Shown: positions 58,185 through 64,000 of the stretch, one piece after another | How the letters are laid out: each line of letters starts with the position of its first letter | How positions within the stretch are numbered: position 1 is the stretch's first letter | Origin: an uncultured bacterium | GTDB lineage: Bacteria > Verrucomicrobiota > Verrucomicrobiia > Limisphaerales > UBA8199 | Assembly (NCBI GenBank): GCA_963749495.1 | Contig: CAVVMW010000030.1 | Span: 64,001-128,000, forward strand | Length of the DNA stretch: 64,000 bases | Direction: 5' to 3' | Notes under the pieces: generated by a model | Seen by the model: only the letters and a program-made list of their open reading frames with translations | What the model was told of the DNA's origin: nothing | Databases searched by the model: none | Position numbers and translations under genes: made by a program

Positions 58185-59579
58185 ATGCTCTTCACCTCGA
58201 TGGAGTTCCTGCAGTTTTTCGCTGCGTTTCTGCTCCTCTATTTCCTGTGCCGCAACAGCCTGCCGGCGCGCAACCTGCTCGTCGTCGCCGCCAGTTGGCT
58301 CTTTTACGGCTGGTGGGATTATCGCTTCCTGGGCCTGCTGATTTTTTCGGGGTGTTTCGACTTCGGCATCGGCCGCTGGCTGGCGGTGGCCGCCGGACCC
58401 CGCCGGCGAAAGACCATTGTCGGCCTGAGCATTGCGGTGAACCTGTCCCTGCTCGGCTTCTTCAAGTATTACGATTTCTTCGCGGGCTCGCTGGCCGCGC
58501 TCCTGGGGCGCCTGGGCATTCCGGTTCACGTCCGCACCCTTGGCATCATTCTTCCGGTCGGCATCTCGTTCTACACCTTTCAGAGCTTGGGCTACGTCAT
58601 CAACGTCTATCGCGGGCAATTGCAGCCATCCCGGAACCTGGCGCAGTACCTGGGCTTCGTCTCCTTTTTTCCGCAGTTGGTGGCCGGCCCCATCCAGCGC
58701 GGCCATCATCTGCTCCCGCAATTCGAGCGGACGCTCAAGGTGACGCCCGACCTGCTGGCACAGGGGCTTTGGCTCGTCCTCTGGGGCGCGTTCAAGAAGG
58801 TGGTTATAGCCGACAATCTGGCGCCCCTGGTCGAGATGGTCTTCGACGCTCCAGCCGCCACCGCCCCGGCGGTGGCCGCCGGCACCCTCGCCTTCGCCTT
58901 TCAGATCTACGGCGACTTCTCCGGTTACTCGGACATCGCCTGCGGCTTGGCCAAAATCCTCGGGTTCGACCTCAAGGCCAATTTCAATCTCCCCTATTTT
59001 GCCACGGACCTGAGGGATTTCTGGAGGCGCTGGCACATCAGCCTCTCGTCCTGGCTGCGCGACTACCTTTACATCGGGCTGGGCGGAAACCGCCGGGGGC
59101 CGGTCCGCGCGGCGTTGAACGTGCTGCTCACCCTGTTGCTGGGCGGTCTGTGGCACGGCGCCGCCTGGAATTTTGTCCTGTGGGGCGCCTGGCACGGAGC
59201 TGGATTGCTGCTGGTCCGATGGTGGCAAGGGACAAAAGGGCGGACGCTCCCGTCCTGGGTGGCGGGGCCCGCCACGTTCCTGTTTGTGCTCTACGGCTGG
59301 CTTTTGTTTCGCGCCGGGTCTTTCGGACGGATCTGCAGTTTGACCGGGGCCCTGGCGCATTGGGGCGCCCCGGGCTGGCTTCCCCATTATCTGCTGAGCC
59401 TGACCTTCCTGGTGTTGCCCGTGCTCCTGGTTCAGACCTGGCAACGCAAGGCAGACAACCTCCTGGCGCCGCTGGCGGCGCCCTGGTGGTTGCGCAGCGG
59501 CATCCAGGGCCTTCTGCTCCTGTGCATCGTGCTATTCTGGGAGAAGCGGCCCCTGCCGTTCATCTATTTCCAGTTCTAG
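58185..59579 (+). CDS. MBOAT O-acyltransferase (AlgI/DltB-like)
   Basis: [60 protein letters not shown], terminal FIYFQF. Confidence 0.95.
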   Translation: MLFTSMEFLQFFAAFLLLYFLCRNSLPARNLLVVAASWLFYGWWDYRFLGLLIFSGCFDFGIGRWLAVAAGPRRRKTIVGLSIAVNLSLLGFFKYYDFFAGSLAALLGRLGIPVHVRTLGIILPVGISFYTFQSLGYVINVYRGQLQPSRNLAQYLGFVSFFPQLVAGPIQRGHHLLPQFERTLKVTPDLLAQGLWLVLWGAFKKVVIADNLAPLVEMVFDAPAATAPAVAAGTLAFAFQIYGDFSGYSDIACGLAKILGFDLKANFNLPYFATDLRDFWRRWHISLSSWLRDYLYIGLGGNRRGPVRAALNVLLTLLLGGLWHGAAWNFVLWGAWHGAGLLLVRWWQGTKGRTLPSWVAGPATFLFVLYGWLLFRAGSFGRICSLTGALAHWGAPGWLPHYLLSLTFLVLPVLLVQTWQRKADNLLAPLAAPWWLRSGIQGLLLLCIVLFWEKRPLPFIYFQF

Positions 59580-59581
59580 CA

Positions 59582-59664
59582 AAACGTGAAACGTGAAACG
59601 TGAAACGTGAAAGGCCATCGATAACGCGTCAGACATGGGACAAGGTTCACGTTTCACGTTTCAC
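59582..59664. repeat. inverted heptamer arrays (AAACGTG)n / (CACGTTT)n
   Basis: Four AAACGTG units, then TTCACGTTTCACGTTTCACG. Confidence 0.85.
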
Positions 59665-59673
59665 GGCCCTAGC

Positions 59674-60657
59674 ATGAGAAGCCACGAATACGATTTGCGA
59701 GCGGCCGATTTGATGGGGCTGCTGGCCGGCCTGCTGGTCCCGATGGTCGTCCTTGCCTCCCTGCTTCGCCTGGGCGCCTTGCTCGGTGTCTTTCCCTCTC
59801 CCTGGCCGGCACTGGACGTGGACCACACGATTCTGACCCATCAAGCGCAGGCCAGCCGCACGGCCACCGATGCCGATGTCCTGTTACTAGGGGATTCCTC
59901 ATGCCTGATGGACGTCTCGGGAGCGAGGCTGGAGGAGCTTCTGGCCGGAAGGCGCCATTCGCTCAACCTCGGGACGTTCATGTATGTCGGCTTCAACGGC
60001 TATGCGGCGCTGCTTTCGCGGTGTGCCCAGGCCAACCCGGCTCGCTTGCGCACCGTGGTGGTCCTGGTCCACCCCGAGATGCTGCGGGGCGTTGAGCCGG
60101 TCTCGCATTACCTGAACTTCCTGTCGGACTACTACTCGGGAGCGGACTACACCGAGCCGGGCTCCGTTCACGGGGAGTTGTGCGGGCTGTTGGGCCTGGA
60201 CATCTTCCGCGACCGCTTCCTGAGCCGCATCCCGCTCCCGTTGCCCAAGGAGTATGGCCGCTATTACGGGTTCAACCTGGACCTCGATGCCTTCATGGAC
60301 CGGCAGCGCGGCAGCGCCATTGACCCCCGGCAGTACATCCCATCCCCGGGCCAGGGAAATGCGGAATACCGCCTGGCGCCGGGCCTGGAGCCGGGCTGCC
60401 GGGCATTGAAGGCGGCGGTCCCCTCGGGCGCGGTGCTGGCCGTCGGCCTCACGCCCTTGCCCGAGTCGTTCGCCCCGCCCGGCTTTGCCTCCAGACGTCA
60501 AGCCATCCTCCAGCATTGGGGTCAGTGGATTGGGGCTGACATCCTCTTGACCAACCTCCCACCCACGCTGCCCGATTCCTGCTTCGCCAGCACGACCCAT
60601 CTCAACGCCCAGGGCGGGTTGCGCTATGCCGAAATCGTGGCCCGGTGCTTGAAATGA
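59674..60657 (+). CDS. SGNH-like (AlgJ/DltD-type) partner of the MBOAT
   Basis: N-terminal TM, VLLLGDSS, SLNLG, C-terminal F..TTHLN..GG; directly follows the MBOAT. Confidence 0.7.
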   Translation: MRSHEYDLRAADLMGLLAGLLVPMVVLASLLRLGALLGVFPSPWPALDVDHTILTHQAQASRTATDADVLLLGDSSCLMDVSGARLEELLAGRRHSLNLGTFMYVGFNGYAALLSRCAQANPARLRTVVVLVHPEMLRGVEPVSHYLNFLSDYYSGADYTEPGSVHGELCGLLGLDIFRDRFLSRIPLPLPKEYGRYYGFNLDLDAFMDRQRGSAIDPRQYIPSPGQGNAEYRLAPGLEPGCRALKAAVPSGAVLAVGLTPLPESFAPPGFASRRQAILQHWGQWIGADILLTNLPPTLPDSCFASTTHLNAQGGLRYAEIVARCLK

Positions 60658-60834
60658 CGAATGACGAATGACGAATGACGAATGACGAATGTGAAAGGAA
60701 TGACGAATGACGAATGACGAATGACGAATGTGAAAGGAATGACGAATGACGAATGACGAATGACGAATGAAAAGGTCCTGCATTCGTCATTCGTCATTCG
60801 TCATTCGTCATTCGTCATTCGTCATTCGTCATTC
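60652..60834. repeat. inverted heptamer arrays (GAATGAC)n / (GTCATTC)n with a higher-order unit
   Basis: Three blocks of GAATGAC separated by GAATGTGAAAG, then about 7 GTCATTC units; the first unit supplies the TGA stop of the upstream gene. Confidence 0.92.
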
Positions 60835-60871
60835 TTGCCTTTGGGCACTCTTCACCTCATGATGCCACCCT

Positions 60872-62176
60872 ATGATTCGGTCACCCTCCATTGAACGCGT
60901 TCAGGCGCATTGGTTTGAACTCTGCTCACGCATCGGCGAACGGCGCGCCGGCAGCGCCGGCGAACGGGCGGCGGCGGATTACCTGCTGGAGCAGTTCCGC
61001 CGGGCCGGATTGGAGCCGGTCTTCGAGGAGCCGTTTCCATGCGTCTCGGTGGCCGCGGCGGAGGCGGAGTTGGCCATTGGCAGCGGCGAGGCCTTGCAAA
61101 GTGTGCCGGCGCGGGTGCTGGCGGGTTCGCCCGGCACGCCCGGCCATGGGCCGGTCGAGGGTGAGCTCGAATGGGTGGAGATGCCGGAGCAGGCGCAGCG
61201 GCGCTTTCAGCCCCGATTGAGGGGCAAGGTGGTGGTGCTGTTCGGGCCCATGCCGACCCGCGCGGACCTGCACCAGAAACTGGTGAAGTGCCGCCCGGCG
61301 GCGGTCATCCACGTCGATGACCGCTTGCCCTTCGATTGGCTCAAGGACGATGGCGTCTATCCGGCGTGGGTGCGTTCGTATGGGATGCCGCCGACGGTGA
61401 CCATCGCCTACCGCGCGGCCTGGGAGCTGCGCAAGGGCGGCGCCAACCGCGCCCGGGTCCGCGTGGCCGTGGACCTCAAGCAGGCCGCCTCCCAAAACGT
61501 GACCGGAGAGGTCCGCGGGCGGCGGCCTGAGTTGCCGGCCATCCTGGTGGGGGCCCATCACGATACCCAATGCCATAATACCGGCGCCGATGACAATGCC
61601 TCCGGGGTGGTGGCGTTGCTCGAACTGGCCGTCCTGCTCGCCAGGACGCGCCCCTTGCGCTCCATTCGGCTGGTCTCTTTCGGCGCCGAGGAGCAACTCT
61701 CCGTCGGCTCCGCCGCTTACGTGCAGGCGCACCGGCGCCAGGTGCAATCCATCGGCGTCGTGCTCAACCTGGACAGCGTCTCCTCTCCCCTGGGGCACCA
61801 TTGGGTTATCCGGGCCGGCACCCGCAGCTTTGGCGCCTGGCTCCTGGAGCGCCTGGGGCGCCAGGGCCTGGATGCAGTCGAAAAATCCGCCCCGTTGCCC
61901 TTCGCCGATCACTTTCCATTCTCGGTCTTTGGCGTCCCCTCGGTCAGCTTTCTCCGCCCCAATATGGATAACGGCCTGCGTTGGCAGCACCATAGCGCCC
62001 ACGACCGGCTGGACAACGTCTCGGCGACCGAGTTGGCGCGCGTCGTGCGCGCCGTGGGCGCCCTGGCCGGCGAGCTGGCCCAAAAGGCCCGCTGGCCCTT
62101 CACCCGCGGCCTTGCCCCGGAGCAACGCGCCGAAACCGCCCGCCTGGCCCGCGAACTCTTCGGACTGCGCGCCTGA
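60872..62176 (+). CDS. M28-family aminopeptidase with PA domain
   Basis: IGERRAGSAGE, ILVGAHHDT, GADDNASG, FGAEE, LNLD, ADHFPF, HHSAHD. Confidence 0.92.
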   Translation: MIRSPSIERVQAHWFELCSRIGERRAGSAGERAAADYLLEQFRRAGLEPVFEEPFPCVSVAAAEAELAIGSGEALQSVPARVLAGSPGTPGHGPVEGELEWVEMPEQAQRRFQPRLRGKVVVLFGPMPTRADLHQKLVKCRPAAVIHVDDRLPFDWLKDDGVYPAWVRSYGMPPTVTIAYRAAWELRKGGANRARVRVAVDLKQAASQNVTGEVRGRRPELPAILVGAHHDTQCHNTGADDNASGVVALLELAVLLARTRPLRSIRLVSFGAEEQLSVGSAAYVQAHRRQVQSIGVVLNLDSVSSPLGHHWVIRAGTRSFGAWLLERLGRQGLDAVEKSAPLPFADHFPFSVFGVPSVSFLRPNMDNGLRWQHHSAHDRLDNVSATELARVVRAVGALAGELAQKARWPFTRGLAPEQRAETARLARELFGLRA

Positions 62177-62196
62177 GAGGGTGCCCGAGTCCCATA

Positions 62197-62266
62197 CCTT
62201 TGTCGCGGCCTTTGTCGGACTCAGCCGGATTTCGACGAAGGTTTCGACAAAGGTTTCGACAAAGGT
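62197..62266. repeat. CCTTTGTCG / CGACAAAGG inverted array
   Basis: Same family as 38181..38260. Confidence 0.75.
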
Positions 62267-62323
62267 CGCGAAAATCACTCAAAGTCCGCTGCAATGGAGC
62301 TTAGCGCACGATATGCCGCGCGC

Positions 62324-62626
62324 TTACCTTTTATCGAGGATCTGCCTGTCGAGGGCGGCCTGACGTTCGAGCAATGGTTTGCAATCTGGATTCGTGGAGA
62401 GCACGAGCAAACCCATGATGATGTAGCCTGAGAACATTTCAGAAGTGGCCCATACCGGCTGTTCCAAGGCAAGATCGCCCTCGAAGATATTAAGCGTTCC
62501 GCAGCAATTCCCTCGCACGTTGGCGTGAAGGGTGTTGCCACGCACTTCGATTAGCCCATTGAGTGTTTCGTAGTCCTCCCCGACTGTAACGGCAAATGGT
62601 TCCGATAAACGCACCTGAGTCGTCAC
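62324..62626 (-). CDS. hypothetical protein or 5'-truncated fragment, low GC
   Basis: The frame is open upstream (TLYLENSTQPPKRIVTTQ) with no clear start. Confidence 0.35.
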   Translation of the reverse strand: MTTQVRLSEPFAVTVGEDYETLNGLIEVRGNTLHANVRGNCCGTLNIFEGDLALEQPVWATSEMFSGYIIMGLLVLSTNPDCKPLLERQAALDRQILDKR

Positions 62627-62754
62627 AATTCGCTTTGGTGGCTGAGTGGAGTTTTCCAGGTAGAGGGTCGGGACGATTAAATGGAGGAATAAAGGTTGGC
62701 GCTGGAGGTTTAAGATGGTCTTGACGGGCGGGCCGAGGATTTTGTAATTTCTTA

Positions 62755-62921
62755 ATGCAATCGAGCTGCTTGAAGCCAGCGAGCCTCGGTTCCGGACTTG
62801 CTTCCCTTCGCCGGCGGCTCCCTCGCCGCTCAGATGAACCCGGGGTGGTCATTGTCGGGAAGCCTGGGGAGCATGGTTCGGGAGTTTTCCCGGCTTCGCC
62901 CGCCTCATGGAGGTCCACACG
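62755..62921 (+). ncRNA. candidate structured 5' leader / cis-regulatory RNA, copy B
   Basis: Homologue of 1743..1911; preceded by a TTGACG..TGTAATTT promoter-like sequence. Confidence 0.5.
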
Positions 62922-62964
62922 ATGCCGCCTTTGGCCTATCCCGCGCGAAGCTGCTCCCGCGTGG

Positions 62965-63430
62965 TAACGAGCTGTTGGCCGCCGATTCGCCGGCGGACTG
63001 CTTCACCAACGGCGGGGCCAACCTCTCCTCAGCCGCTACCGCGGGCCTCATCGGCCCCTTGGCCGACAACGGCGGCCCGACGCTCACGATGGCCCTGCTG
63101 CCCGGCAGCCCCGCCATTGGCGCGGCTGACGACGCCTCCGCGCCGCGCACCGATCAGCGCGGCTTCCCGCGCCCCAGCGGTTCCGCCGACATCGGGGCTT
63201 ACGAATTCGGCTACCCCCCAATCCTGAGCGCCGCCCAGCCGCCGGAAGGCGGGGTCGACATTTCCGTGAGCGGCCGGGCCGGTCAGACCTGCCGATTGCT
63301 CGCCAGCCCCGACCTGGTGAACTGGACGGCCATCGCCACAAACTCCTTCAGCCCGAGCGGCATCTTTCTCTTCCATGACCCAGCCAGCGCCGGCCAAGCG
63401 CAGAGGTTTTACCGCGCCGTAATGCCATGA
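62965..63430 (+). pseudogene. choice-of-anchor Q protein, C-terminal remnant
   Basis: IGPLADNGGPTLTMALLPGSPAIG..TDQRGFPR..ADIGAYE plus terminal domain SPDLVNW..FHDP..QRFYRA; no start or signal peptide. Confidence 0.75.
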
Positions 63431-63465
63431 ACGAGGATGCACCGCCATGCGGCACGGATCAGATT

Positions 63466-64000
63466 ATGAACTCAACAACTAAACTTGGAATGTTTTGCCA
63501 AAGCGCGGGCCGTGACTGGCCAGCTCGACAATATCAGGCTGGCTTCAAAGTGCCGACTACGCCGAGCGGGCTCTGCCTTTGTCCCGAAGGGACATCCGAA
63601 AACAGCCCGGCGTTTCGACGCCGGGTAGCCAGCCCAACAGTGGCGCGTCCCGAAGGGACGGCTGAGAGGGGAGCCTCCGTTCAATCGTCCCTTCGGGACG
63701 ACAATCCCCTGTGCCATTTACCCGGCGTTGAAGCGCCGGGCTATTGCCAGGTGTCCCTCCGGGACACTCCTGCCGCACTCGGCCTGGCTCCGGCGCAAGC
63801 TGTCACTGCCGTACCAGGATTCGGCCGCCGGCAGCCAAAACTCGGCTTGGCCGCGGCCCTGGCCATCACGCTGGCCACCGTTGCTTCCGCCCAAACCTAT
63901 ACCGTGCTCAAGAGCTTCACCTACGGCGATGGAGCCGCTCCGTATGGGGACCTAGTCTTGGCGGGCGGCACGCTCTATGGGACGACGGAACAGGGCGGCA
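63466..64000 (+). CDS. secreted choice-of-anchor tandem-repeat (GloVer-type) protein, 3' partial, with a REP element in frame in its N-terminus
   Basis: Single open frame from ATG 63466 to the window end; LAAALAITLATVASA-QTYTVLKSFTYGDGAAPYGDLVLAGGTLYGTTEQGG. Confidence 0.8.
   Translation, partial: MNSTTKLGMFCQSAGRDWPARQYQAGFKVPTTPSGLCLCPEGTSENSPAFRRRVASPTVARPEGTAERGASVQSSLRDDNPLCHLPGVEAPGYCQVSLRDTPAALGLAPAQAVTAVPGFGRRQPKLGLAAALAITLATVASAQTYTVLKSFTYGDGAAPYGDLVLAGGTLYGTTEQGG
63580..63766. repeat. REP doublet (GTCCCGAAGGGAC family)
   Basis: TGTCCCGAAGGGACA..CAGCCCGGCG..CGCCGGG..CGTCCCGAAGGGACG and mirror arm ending TGTCCCTCCGGGACA. Confidence 0.85.

Noticed and set aside
60652..60834. Possible CRISPR array
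   Set aside because: Heptamer microsatellite with no unique spacers; no cas genes in the window.
1..64000. tRNA, rRNA, prophage or known riboswitch
   Set aside because: None recognised by eye; tRNAscan-SE and Rfam cmscan would be needed to exclude them formally.

Overview
High-GC bacterial chromosomal DNA. Gene content (ECF sigma factors with long C-terminal extensions, choice-of-anchor-Q and GloVer-type secreted proteins, H-X9-DG prepilin-like proteins) suggests a Verrucomicrobiota subdivision-3 organism (inference). About 3.8-19.5 kb is a decayed accessory region of gene fragments joined by deletions: choice-of-anchor Q, a short prokaryotic Argonaute PIWI fragment, MFS, RecD2, thioredoxin, ECF and PDZ pieces. 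It also holds a nested IS stack of an IS66 remnant, a complete IS1380, an IS5/ISNCY-like element and a truncated tyrosine recombinase. From 19.6 to 64 kb the genes are mostly ordinary: ECF sigmas, a GntR-ABC operon, TA remnants, glycosyltransferases, nadC-birA-coaX, Xaa-Pro aminopeptidase, HypD glycyl radical enzyme, an ATP-cone kinase, an amylase/debranching enzyme, PilB, MoeA, MBOAT and an M28 peptidase, interspersed with many palindromic repeat families. Best leads: (1) two unrelated transposases each carry the same accessory module, a divergent AbrB/SpoVT-like gene plus a TAGnnTATAnnCTA palindrome 5 nt before the transposase ATG, and the IS1380 has inserted into the other element's copy of that gene; (2) a ~168-nt putatively structured non-coding leader occurs twice, 61 kb apart, in front of secreted-protein genes; (3) palindromic repeats sit in frame inside HypD, the debranching enzyme and a GloVer protein; (4) a kinase gene is bracketed by 95-bp inverted repeats. 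All family calls are by-eye motif recognition with no database searches. Several single-base frameshifts may be sequencing errors.
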